Origin: Bdellovibrionales bacterium
Lineage (GTDB): Bacteria > Bdellovibrionota > Bdellovibrionia > Bdellovibrionales > UBA1609
Direction: 5' to 3'
Assembly (NCBI GenBank): GCA_965226095.1
Contig: OZ245336.1
Location: 143,472-207,471 of the forward strand
DNA length: 64,000 nt
The notes beneath the pieces are model-generated. The model was given only the letters and a program-made list of their open reading frames with translations, made no database searches and was not told the origin of the DNA. Below are positions 25,595-34,155 of the stretch, in pieces. Within the stretch, counting starts at the first letter, position 1. Every line of letters begins with the position of its first letter. The position numbers and the translations under genes were made by a program.

Positions 25595-27766
25595 TCAATG
25601 CACAACAGATAACCAAACTGTTTGACAACGCTGACCTGGTGAGTTCCCTTGAATCTGATTAAATTTTTCCCGAGCTTCTTTCAATCCATGAGACTGAGCT
25701 TTCTTGTACAACTGAACTGCCTTTTCCATATTCTGAGCTACGCCGCGACCTTCTTCATATAGGAGACCCTGTCTATAATAAGCCTCAACATAGCCCTTTT
25801 CCATAGCCCTTTCATACCAATCCACTGCTTCCTTCAGATTCTGAGTAATTCCTCGACCCTCTTCGTACATAATCGCCAAATTAAATGCTGCCTCCGCATT
25901 TCCTTTTTCCGCTAATGCCTTGGCCAGCAGATACTGTGCCTTCAAGAGACGCTCTAAATCCAATTGATACCGCGTGCCTGTTACACCAAGTGAAGCGTAA
26001 TTCTTATAATAAGTTTGAATGTTAACACTTTGAAAAATAACCTGTCTAAGCCATTGAACTGCTTTTTCACTACTTTGGGGAGTATTGAATAAACCTTCCA
26101 AATAAAGCTGAGCTAATCTGTACTGTGCAGCTGCCAATCCCAATTGAGCCGCTTTTTCATAATAAGACACGAGTTGTTTTTGTTTCTGATAGTTTTCCAA
26201 ATGAATCACTTTATTATCCTTATCTTCAATGATTCTTTTCTCATAAATTCGAGCTAATCGATACAAAGCTTCTGCAGTCCCTATTAAATAGAGTGGATGA
26301 ATATTTCTAGATCTTTCAAACCTGTTTGTCTCATTACTAAGCTCTATAGATTTTTGATACCATTCAATGGCTTTCTCCATATCCTTCTCTACACCGCGAC
26401 CTTCTTCATGCATAAGACCTAACCAATATTCAGCAGTCCCATCCGAACCTCCTGGTATTTTTACAGCTTGTTTGTAAAACATGACAGCCAACACATCTTG
26501 CTCACCGAGTAGAGCATAGGACGGATGAACAAAGCCAGATCGATATAAATTAGCTAAGGTAGTATAATAATCTGCCATTTGTTCCGGCGACAAACTACTG
26601 CGATGAATTGTTCTTTCTAACTTATTACTGGATATTCTCCCATCATATATTTGCTCTGTATTTAAATCATTGGAATTTACAGTATATAATAAATTCCCCC
26701 TTTGATGAGCATCATACATTTCTTGAGAGTGATAATCCTTTACAAAAATTTGTTTATTCTCTGGTTTTTGACGAGCATTTAAAAAAGCACTGAGAGATGT
26801 CCTTCTTATAGAATTAGAATCGACATTATTCATATCAATCAGTTCAGAGTTTGTTACCTTCAGAGCTTCCAAAAACCCAGGAGTATGAGAATGTTCACTC
26901 ATCAAATGCCTTAATCTTGCTTGAGCTTCATGTAAATGTATTTCATTATATAGCCTGGCCGCTTTTTTTACATTCTTTTCAATTCCCTTACCTTCTTCAT
27001 ACAAACGAGCCAGTTGATATTTAGCAAAAGAACTACCATTATCAATAGCTCTTTTATACCAAAAGATGGCTCTCTCTATATTCTGTTCAACCTCTTTGCC
27101 CTCTTCATACATGAGACCTATTTCATATTGAGCCTCAGCAAAATTATTTTCTGCCGCTGTTAAGTACCAATCAAAAGCTTTTTCCCTGTTACGATTAACA
27201 TTGAATAAACCCACATCATAAATCCTAGCCAGCTTATACTGTGCTTCTGGAACATTTGATTCTGCTAACTTTGTATACCACTGATAAGCCTTTTTAGAAT
27301 CAGCAAACTTTTTAAAAGGAGACTTATCATCAGTAGTGGCATAGATATCAGCCACTTCTATTTGAGCCTCCAATATACCTGCCCTTGCCGCCTCTAAAAA
27401 CAAATTAAATGTTTTGTCAACATTACCACGCTCAGGAAAATTGTTCTCATACAGCACAGCCAACTTATATTTTGCTTCTGGCAGCCCCCCTTGTGCCGCT
27501 ATCAAGAACCAACCAAAGGCTTCTTCATGCGCTTTATTTCTAAAGTATCGATCACCTATAAAATATTCAATTTGATTTTTTTCTTCTAGAGATCGTAAAT
27601 CATAATCTTCCGGCAAACCTATACTCTCTGCCGGTATAATAGGATCGATAAATGCATTATGGATCACATCAAAAACTTCACTTTGGCGGGCAGATAAAGA
27701 TACCTCATCGTTACCGATAACAACAGCAGAGTAGAAAATAAAAAAAGTTAAAAATGTTATTCTCAT
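25595..27766 (-). CDS. Large secreted Sel1-repeat (SLR) protein
   Basis: Many A..G..EAQY.LA.(L/I)YE.G.GV..N...A..WY..A repeats. The preferred start MRITFLTFFIFYSAVVIG (signal-like) is at 27766. The ORF extends to 27850. Confidence 0.8.
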   Translation of the reverse strand: MRITFLTFFIFYSAVVIGNDEVSLSARQSEVFDVIHNAFIDPIIPAESIGLPEDYDLRSLEEKNQIEYFIGDRYFRNKAHEEAFGWFLIAAQGGLPEAKYKLAVLYENNFPERGNVDKTFNLFLEAARAGILEAQIEVADIYATTDDKSPFKKFADSKKAYQWYTKLAESNVPEAQYKLARIYDVGLFNVNRNREKAFDWYLTAAENNFAEAQYEIGLMYEEGKEVEQNIERAIFWYKRAIDNGSSFAKYQLARLYEEGKGIEKNVKKAARLYNEIHLHEAQARLRHLMSEHSHTPGFLEALKVTNSELIDMNNVDSNSIRRTSLSAFLNARQKPENKQIFVKDYHSQEMYDAHQRGNLLYTVNSNDLNTEQIYDGRISSNKLERTIHRSSLSPEQMADYYTTLANLYRSGFVHPSYALLGEQDVLAVMFYKQAVKIPGGSDGTAEYWLGLMHEEGRGVEKDMEKAIEWYQKSIELSNETNRFERSRNIHPLYLIGTAEALYRLARIYEKRIIEDKDNKVIHLENYQKQKQLVSYYEKAAQLGLAAAQYRLAQLYLEGLFNTPQSSEKAVQWLRQVIFQSVNIQTYYKNYASLGVTGTRYQLDLERLLKAQYLLAKALAEKGNAEAAFNLAIMYEEGRGITQNLKEAVDWYERAMEKGYVEAYYRQGLLYEEGRGVAQNMEKAVQLYKKAQSHGLKEAREKFNQIQGNSPGQRCQTVWLSVVH

Positions 27767-28015
27767 TGACTTATATCCAAAAGTTTTCTGTATATAGTTC
27801 CCAATCAGGTTTGAAAGTATGTGTAAGATATTACTATACCTTTCTTTCAAAATAAAAAAAACAAATTATTTATAGCATGAACATTTTACACAAAAAATGT
27901 AATTTTTATTCAGATTCTCACAGCCAATTTAAATTCGATTAAACTCCCTTAAACTTCTTTAATAATCAGGAGCTAAAATATTGACTCCTGATGAGCTTCC
28001 ACTTAATTATTGACC

Positions 28016-28675
28016 ATGCAATCATTAGCTGAACTAAAGGATCAAAACCCACTTCTTATCTTACAGCAATGGTTGAAAGAGGCCAGGGACCACTCTGAAG
28101 CCAAAGAGCCCACCGCGATGGTGCTTTCCACTATTAAATACACATTTGACCCTACTTCTTTTTGCTGGCCCACTTCACGAGTTGTTCTGTTAAAGGAAAT
28201 ACAGCAGGATCAACTGATTTTTTACACTAACTACAAAAGTAATAAGGGCAAACATTGTAGCGGTTTGATGATCTATTCATTCATTTTACCTATATATGTA
28301 GCTTTAAATTTTTATTGGCCTTATCTTGGTAAACAAGTGCATGTCATAGGGAAGATAAAAAAAACTTCCAGAGAACAATCTATTACTTACTGGAACAGCC
28401 GCTCCCGGGAAAGCCAAATTAGTCAGTACATCTCCAAACAATCTGAAAAACTGGACAGCAGAGAAATATTGGAAAAAAAATGGCAGGAAGCTCAAACACA
28501 ATTTGCCGGAAAAAAGATCCCCTGTCCTTCTTACTGGGGAGGTTATGCTGTCACTCCTCACTTTATAGAATTTTGGCAGGAACAACCCCATCGTCTTCAT
28601 GATCGTCTGCAATTTAAGAGCAAAGGTTTTTTTAAGAAAACCAACGAATGGATCAGCACTCTGGTTTATCCTTAA
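28016..28675 (+). CDS. pdxH: Pyridoxamine 5'-phosphate oxidase
   Basis: Carries FYTNY.S.KG, the SRSRESQI...SKQS motif, and the C-terminal IEFWQEQPHRLHDRLQF signature. An alternative TTG start exists at 28010. Confidence 0.85.
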   Translation: MQSLAELKDQNPLLILQQWLKEARDHSEAKEPTAMVLSTIKYTFDPTSFCWPTSRVVLLKEIQQDQLIFYTNYKSNKGKHCSGLMIYSFILPIYVALNFYWPYLGKQVHVIGKIKKTSREQSITYWNSRSRESQISQYISKQSEKLDSREILEKKWQEAQTQFAGKKIPCPSYWGGYAVTPHFIEFWQEQPHRLHDRLQFKSKGFFKKTNEWISTLVYP

Positions 28676-28679
28676 TAAG

Positions 28680-28750
28680 ATAGTCATTCTGAGGAAGTTA
28701 GTCATTCCTGCGAAGGCAGGAATCCAGTCAACTAGATGACGACTTAAGCA
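28680..28750. repeat. Second copy of the GTCATTCC...GGAATCCAG palindromic repeat family
   Basis: GTCATTCCTGCGAAGGCAGGAATCCAG has a perfect 8-bp stem ATTCCTGC/GCAGGAAT and a GAAG loop. The right flank GATGACGACTTAAGC resembles GATGACGAAGCTTAAGC at 14597-14613. It lies between the convergent pdxH and sigma54-activator genes. Confidence 0.7.
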
Positions 28751-28792
28751 GAACAGGGAGAAATAAAAATCTCTCCCTTAAACTGCTATAGA

Positions 28793-29815
28793 TTATGCCT
28801 CTACTTCTGCCATCATTTGCTGTGAAGGGGGATGAACAGCAAATTTATCGAAAACACCATACTCATGCAAACGATTATAAAGTGTTTTCACTGTAATCCC
28901 TAAAGACTTGGCGGCTTCTCTTTTAGAACGAGAGGATTCCAAAGCACTTAAAATATACATCTTATTGACTTCTGCCAAAGTAATCCCTGGAGTATAAGGC
29001 ACTTTGGATTTTTGCTGGCTCGGCAATAATTCATCCGGTAAATGTTCTTTCTTAATAACATTACCAGTATTTAAAATAATTAGTCTTTCACAAAGATTTT
29101 TAAGTTCCCGAACATTACCAGGCCATGTGTGCTTCATTAAAATATCCAACACCTCTTTTTCCAGCTCCACTGTTTTATTTAAAAAGTGTTTTAATAAAAC
29201 AGGAATATCATCCACTCTTTCTGATAAAGAAGGAATAGTGAAGGCAATGGTATTAATACGATAGAGTAAGTCTTCTCTGAATCGACCTTTTAAGACCTCT
29301 TGAGATAAATCCTTACTGGTGCAACAGAGCACTCTTACATCTAACTGAAGAGCTTGTTTTGCGCCTACTCTGTAAACTTCATTGTTTTCCAAAAATCTCA
29401 AAATTTTAACCTGCGCTTTAAGACTTAAATCGCTAATTTCATCCAGAACCAGAGTTCCTTCATCAGCGGCTTCCAATAATCCTATTTTTTGTCGATCCGC
29501 GCCGGTAAAAGCTCCTTTTTCATGACCGAATAATTCACTTTCAATAATATTCTCATTCAAACAACTACAATTAATTACAATAAAAGGTTGGTCTTTTCTG
29601 TAACTTCCATTGTGAATTCTTTTGGCAACCATTTCCTTACCGGTACCGCTCTTTCCCGTAATCAATACTGAAGAATCGGTAGAAATCACTTTATCCACTA
29701 ATGTAAGAACTTTTTTCATAGCCTCAGAGGAGTAAACTATTTTATTCTCTGAATCTAAGCTTTTAATTTGTCCCATCGGAGTGTTACCCTGACCTTTATT
29801 TAAATATGGAATCAT
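28793..29815 (-). CDS. Sigma54-dependent transcriptional activator (AAA+ plus C-terminal HTH, no N-terminal sensory domain)
   Basis: 340 aa. Walker A GKSGTGKE, the ESELFGHEKGAFTGA (GAFTGA) motif, and a C-terminal Fis-type HTH (AAKSLGITVKTLYNRL). Only about 25 aa precede the AAA+ core. Confidence 0.88.
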   Translation of the reverse strand: MIPYLNKGQGNTPMGQIKSLDSENKIVYSSEAMKKVLTLVDKVISTDSSVLITGKSGTGKEMVAKRIHNGSYRKDQPFIVINCSCLNENIIESELFGHEKGAFTGADRQKIGLLEAADEGTLVLDEISDLSLKAQVKILRFLENNEVYRVGAKQALQLDVRVLCCTSKDLSQEVLKGRFREDLLYRINTIAFTIPSLSERVDDIPVLLKHFLNKTVELEKEVLDILMKHTWPGNVRELKNLCERLIILNTGNVIKKEHLPDELLPSQQKSKVPYTPGITLAEVNKMYILSALESSRSKREAAKSLGITVKTLYNRLHEYGVFDKFAVHPPSQQMMAEVEA

Positions 29816-29938
29816 TTACTTTTTCTCCTTCCTTGGTTTTATGCAAAGTGTCTCATAATAAGACAGTGCATTATACTTACCAAAGTCCTGAAATTTTTTC
29901 AATAGCAATATGTAAATTTTTTATAGAAAAGTGTAAAA

Positions 29939-30904
29939 ATGACTAAATATAAAATTTTCACTATTTGTCTAAAAATTAGACAATATACTTATAAGTATTT
30001 AAAATATCTAGAATTTATTAAGATAGCTTCACCAAATACAATAAAATCTTACTGTATAGATTTAAAACAGTTGTTACTTTTTTTCACACCCCAAATAGAG
30101 TCTTTTTTATCCAAAGAGCAAATAAAAATGTTCATGGATCTGTCTCAAAATAAGTGCACTCATCTGCCTAATTCCTATTCAGTAAAACTAAAAGAAGTGC
30201 AGGATATTTTAGAAAAGGCCGTAAATAACAGTCTTAAGCAATGGTCTCATTTATCACCAGCTTCCCGTAATCGAAAATACGCTTGTGTAAAAGGCTTTCT
30301 CAAATGGCTCTTCATAAAAGGCTATATCAAAACTGACCTTCAAAGTAGAGTAAAACTGCCGAAAATACCCTCCCGCCTGCCTCATTATTTATCTGTAGAT
30401 GAAGCCTTACACCTTATTAAAACCCTACAAAAAGAAGCACAAGATACAGAAGATCTGCTCCTCATCTTACTATTGTATGGAGCAGGCTTAAGAGTTAGTG
30501 AAGCTTGTGGTTTATCATGGAGCCAAATAGATTTAGAAAAAGGGATTTTACGAATCAAAGGAAAAGGAAATAAAGAACGATTAGCAGTGACACCTGAACT
30601 GGTTTTAAAATTACTTAAAAAACAAAAAAAACAAAAAGGTCCATTATTTGAAAAAAATGCTTCAACTCGTAGAGCTTTTGATCGAGTCCGTTATTGGGGC
30701 CAAAAAGCCGGCTTGAATAAACCCTTAAGTCCTCATATTTTGAGACACAGTTTTGCCACTCATCTACTCACCAGTGGCTCAGACTTACGTACTTTACAGG
30801 AACTTTTGGGACATAAATCATTGTCCTCCACTCAAAAATACACCCACCTTAGTTTATCTCACCTTACTCGCGTTTTGGAAGCCCATCATCCACTTAAAGA
30901 TTAA
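29939..30904 (+). CDS. Tyrosine recombinase, XerC/XerD family
   Basis: 321 aa with catalytic residue contexts GLRVSEACGL, HILRHSFATHLL and LGHKSLSSTQKYTHL. Confidence 0.78.
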   Translation: MTKYKIFTICLKIRQYTYKYLKYLEFIKIASPNTIKSYCIDLKQLLLFFTPQIESFLSKEQIKMFMDLSQNKCTHLPNSYSVKLKEVQDILEKAVNNSLKQWSHLSPASRNRKYACVKGFLKWLFIKGYIKTDLQSRVKLPKIPSRLPHYLSVDEALHLIKTLQKEAQDTEDLLLILLLYGAGLRVSEACGLSWSQIDLEKGILRIKGKGNKERLAVTPELVLKLLKKQKKQKGPLFEKNASTRRAFDRVRYWGQKAGLNKPLSPHILRHSFATHLLTSGSDLRTLQELLGHKSLSSTQKYTHLSLSHLTRVLEAHHPLKD

Positions 30905-32115
30905 GAGGCCCTAGGAAGAATGTAGGTTCTAAGCGAAGTTTCTAAAGCATCCACTTCACGACATAAGTTATTGATGTGTGCTTTTTCTACATCCATGATG
31001 AGGTAGCCAATCTGTGTATTGGTGGCTAAATGTTGACCGCTAATATTAATTTTTAAACGAGACACCAAACCATTGATATCAGCTAAAACCCCAGGGACAT
31101 TTTTATGAATATTAATTAATCTCTGACACTGATCTAAGTGATTCAATTCAGGAGGATTGAGAACAGGAAAATTAACAGCTCCTTCTGTAATCCCTTGAAA
31201 CAAATATTTTTTTAAAACAGAAGCCACTTGTCGGGCAATATTTTCTTGAGCTTCTTCTGTACTACCAGCGATATGAGGAGTAAGAATAACTTGATTCATT
31301 CCCTGAAGTTCACAACTAAAATCGCTTTGTTTTTGCTCCGGCTCTTCCGGATACACATCCAAAGCCAAACCAGATAAGTGATTTTCCTGTAAAGCTCGTT
31401 TGGCATCTTTGATATTCAATACAGAACCACGGCTGGTGTTAATCAAAAAACCACCTTTACGAAGTTGTTTGATTTGTTCATAGGCAATCATATTTTTTGT
31501 CAAAGGAGTGTCCGGCACATGTAAAGTGATGAAATCAGATACAGATAATAATTCCTCTAAAGTCTTTATTGAATGTGCATTTCCAATGGGAAGAGTTTCG
31601 ATAATATCAAAGTACCGCACCTTCATACCCATAGCCTCTGCTAAAATACCCGTTTGTGTTCCGATATGCCCATAACCAATAATACCCAGTGTTTTGCCTC
31701 GAATCTCTCGACTGCCTGAAGTGGTTTTCTGCCATTTTCTATCATGCATCAATTGATTAAATACATAGGTCTGCCGCGATAAACTAATAATATGCGAGAT
31801 AACCAGCTCAGCAACCGAGCGAGTATTACCATAGGGAGCATTAAACACTGGTATCCCCAACAAACAAGCTGTTATCAGATCCACCTGATCCGTACCAATG
31901 CAAAAAGTGCCAATAACTCTTAGATCAGAGCGATGAGCCTCTAAAAATTTTTTTGGAATCTGTGTACGAGAACGAATCCCCAAACCAACATAGCCCTTTT
32001 TTTGTAACAGCTCCTCATAACTGAGAGCGGATTTCATTTGATCCACCTTTAAGCCTGCCTGCTGAAGCTGATTTTGAGCAACAGAATGTACACCTTCCAC
32101 AAGTAAAAAATTCAT
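30901..32115 (-). CDS. serA: D-3-phosphoglycerate dehydrogenase with C-terminal ACT domain
   Basis: 404 aa. NAD-binding motif GIIGYGHIG, 2-hydroxyacid dehydrogenase motifs (LINTSRG; TPHIAGST), and an ACT-like tail. Confidence 0.88.
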   Translation of the reverse strand: MNFLLVEGVHSVAQNQLQQAGLKVDQMKSALSYEELLQKKGYVGLGIRSRTQIPKKFLEAHRSDLRVIGTFCIGTDQVDLITACLLGIPVFNAPYGNTRSVAELVISHIISLSRQTYVFNQLMHDRKWQKTTSGSREIRGKTLGIIGYGHIGTQTGILAEAMGMKVRYFDIIETLPIGNAHSIKTLEELLSVSDFITLHVPDTPLTKNMIAYEQIKQLRKGGFLINTSRGSVLNIKDAKRALQENHLSGLALDVYPEEPEQKQSDFSCELQGMNQVILTPHIAGSTEEAQENIARQVASVLKKYLFQGITEGAVNFPVLNPPELNHLDQCQRLINIHKNVPGVLADINGLVSRLKINISGQHLATNTQIGYLIMDVEKAHINNLCREVDALETSLRTYILPRAS

Positions 32116-32205
32116 AACACCTGTTTTAAAACCAAATCAGGGAATTCTCAAGACAAACATGATTATTTATTGACCAGCATTGTTTTTTTTAGTGTGAATA
32201 GTTTA

Positions 32206-33525
32206 ATGATTAAAAAAATATTTATTCCTTTTGAAAAATTTTTCAATCAGGAAGCAAGCGCCGGACTGTTTCTGCTTTTATCCGCCGGACTGGCTTTGAT
32301 ATGGGCCAACTCCTCCTGGTCGGATATCTATGAATCCATTTTACACTACCCTTTAGGCATTCAATGGGGGGATATATTCTTTGTCTTCTCTCTTCATCAT
32401 TGGGTGAATGATGCACTAATGGCCATCTTCTTTTTTGTCGTGGGGTTGGAGATAAAAAGAGAATTAAACATCGGAGAGCTTTCCACACCAAAGAAAGCAG
32501 CTTTTCCTATTTTTGCCGCTTTAGGAGGGATGCTGGTACCTGCATTATTTTATCTCATCTTCAATTTAGGAAACAGCAACACCTACATGGGCTGGGGAAT
32601 TCCTATGGCCACAGATATTGCTTTTGCCGTAGGAATATTAAGTTTATTATCCAAAAGAGTTCCTTTTTCCTTAAAGATTTTTTTACTGGCTTTAGCTATT
32701 ATAGATGATCTGGGAGCAGTATTGGTCATTGCTTTTTTCTATTCTCAGGAAATTATAGGTCAATTTTTAGCTTACGCCGGATTAACTGTTTTTATTATTT
32801 TTTGTGTTAGAAGAATAGGGTTACAAAATCGATTCATTTATTTATTCCTGGGTATCTGTCTTTGGTTATTCGTACTAAAAAGTGGAGTCCATGCTACAGT
32901 AGCTGGAGTGATTATGGGATTTATGTTTCCTGCTCGTCGAATTCCCAATAAAGAGCAAATTCTGACAAACATACAGGAACAACTACAGCAACAAAAACAA
33001 ATGGGTCTTTCTTATAAAAGTACAAGGCAAATCATCACTTCAGCCCACGCCTTACATTCACCCACACAGCATTTGATTGAGAAACTTCATCCTTACGTCA
33101 CATGGTTAATTATGCCGGTGTTTGCTTTTTTTAACGCCGGAATACAGTTTAAATCTGGCTTTTCTTTTTCTGAATTTCTTTCTCATCCGGTCTCTTTAGG
33201 TGTGATGCTTGGACTTTTTATTGGAAAACCTTTAGGTATTGTATTATTTTCTTTTCTGGCATTGCGTTTAAAGCTGGCAGTTTGGCCCTCTGATTTTAGT
33301 TGGTCAAAACTCACTGGTATTGGTTTTCTAGCAGGCATTGGTTTTACAATGGCTTTATTTATTTCCCATTTAAGTTTTGGTTTACAACCTGAACTAAATG
33401 TTTATTCTAAATTAGGTATTCTATTGGCTTCCGGTTTAGCCATGATAACCGGACTTTTATTTCTCCTTTTTTCCACTCGCACTCCAGATGAAAATAACAA
33501 TTCCACTGCAAATCAACAAAAATAA
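32206..33525 (+). CDS. nhaA: Na+/H+ antiporter NhaA
   Basis: Motifs WVNDALMAIFFFVVGLEIKRE and LLALAIIDDLGAVLVIAFFYS are characteristic of NhaA. The preferred start is MIKKIF at 32206. The ORF extends to 32170. Confidence 0.9.
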   Translation: MIKKIFIPFEKFFNQEASAGLFLLLSAGLALIWANSSWSDIYESILHYPLGIQWGDIFFVFSLHHWVNDALMAIFFFVVGLEIKRELNIGELSTPKKAAFPIFAALGGMLVPALFYLIFNLGNSNTYMGWGIPMATDIAFAVGILSLLSKRVPFSLKIFLLALAIIDDLGAVLVIAFFYSQEIIGQFLAYAGLTVFIIFCVRRIGLQNRFIYLFLGICLWLFVLKSGVHATVAGVIMGFMFPARRIPNKEQILTNIQEQLQQQKQMGLSYKSTRQIITSAHALHSPTQHLIEKLHPYVTWLIMPVFAFFNAGIQFKSGFSFSEFLSHPVSLGVMLGLFIGKPLGIVLFSFLALRLKLAVWPSDFSWSKLTGIGFLAGIGFTMALFISHLSFGLQPELNVYSKLGILLASGLAMITGLLFLLFSTRTPDENNNSTANQQK

Positions 33526-33591
33526 TGTTTTTATGCATAAGAAAAGAGTGAACATTGCTCCTTTTCTATTTATTTTGTATTTTCAAACTAA

Positions 33592-33665
33592 GGTGGCGTA
33601 GCTCAGCTGGATAGAGCAACAGCCTTCTAAGCTGTAGGTCGTAGGTTCGAATCCTACCGCCATCA
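33592..33665 (+). tRNA. tRNA-Arg (anticodon TCT)
   Basis: Hand-folded cloverleaf. Acceptor GGTGGCG/CGCCATC, D arm GCTC/GAGC, anticodon arm ACAGC-CTTCTAA-GCTGT, T arm GTAGG-TTCGAAT-CCTAC, discriminator A. CCA is not encoded. Confidence 0.92.
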
Positions 33666-33688
33666 TTTTTTAAATGACTATTTATAGT

Positions 33689-33720
33689 TATTTAAAAAAT
33701 GATAGGATAGGATTCGAAGC
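33689..33720 (-). repeat. Inverted, diverged copy of the tRNA-Arg 3' end plus its downstream flank
   Basis: The reverse complement reads GCTTCGAATCCTATCCTATCATTTTTTAAAT. The native sequence at 33645-33675 reads GTTCGAATCCTACCGCCATCATTTTTTAAAT. Confidence 0.7.
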
Positions 33721-33850
33721 GAAGGAATGTGCCTGCACTGTATGCGACCAAAGGAAGCATACAGTGCAGGACAGAAAATCAGGACGATTTTCTGAATGAC
33801 TGAGGGGGGCCTGCGCAATGAGTGAGCTGGATGCGAACGAGTGTAGTAGG

Positions 33851-33873
33851 CGAATCCTACCGCCATCATTTTT
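33851..33873 (+). repeat. Direct 23-bp repeat of the tRNA-Arg 3' end (att-like scar)
   Basis: CGAATCCTACCGCCATCATTTTT at 33851-33873 is identical to 33648-33670. The preceding GTAGG also matches, minus the TT of the T-loop. Confidence 0.8.
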
Positions 33874-33896
33874 CTTGGACATAACTTGATGTATTA

Positions 33897-33969
33897 GTTA
33901 GGTTGAAGACTTCAGACTTTTTGAGACGCTTCGCTTGGACTCGGCAAAGCCTGAAGTCTTCAACCTAAC
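33897..33969. repeat. Perfect 19-bp inverted repeat with a 35-nt spacer
   Basis: GTTAGGTTGAAGACTTCAG (33897-33915) and CTGAAGTCTTCAACCTAAC (33951-33969) are exact reverse complements. The spacer contains GACGCTTCGCTTGGAC, which recurs at 34009-34024. Confidence 0.85.
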
Positions 33970-34155
33970 AACTTCTCAAGGACCTACGAATATATACAGC
34001 TTGCTCGGGACGCTTCGCTTGGACCCCTGAAAAGCCCCCAGGTGGCTTTCAAGTTTTATTCAAGTTACATAGACTTTTCAAACAAGGACCGGCGAAATTA
34101 AACATTTTTTTAGACGATTTTCTGAATGACTGAAAAGCTTTAGTTCACCACTGAC

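Noticed and set aside
27886-27902. Other 17-bp palindromes with 5-bp arms: TTACA-N7-TGTAA here, and TGTCT-N7-AGACA at 29849-29865.
   Set aside because: Inverted repeats with 5-bp arms are expected dozens of times by chance in 64 kb of AT-rich DNA. Neither sequence recurs.
28230-28330. An apparent insertion of about 8 aa (CSGLMIYSFILPIYVAL) in PdxH relative to the E. coli-type spacing between the YTN and RQV motifs.
   Set aside because: The frame stays open and all downstream signatures are intact. It is most likely lineage-specific loop variation, and I cannot evaluate it without an alignment.
29939-30904. The Xer-type tyrosine recombinase considered as the integrase of a genomic island at tRNA-Arg.
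   Set aside because: It is separated from the tRNA by the housekeeping genes serA and nhaA, it has XerC/D-like rather than phage-integrase-like features, and I found no flanking att repeats around it. It is probably a chromosome dimer-resolution enzyme. I note only a possible indirect link.
33678-33882. Two overlapping minus-strand ORFs of about 63 aa next to tRNA-Arg.
   Set aside because: They run through inverted repeats and the duplicated tRNA 3' end. They overlap each other in different frames and have no RBS. They are most likely non-coding.
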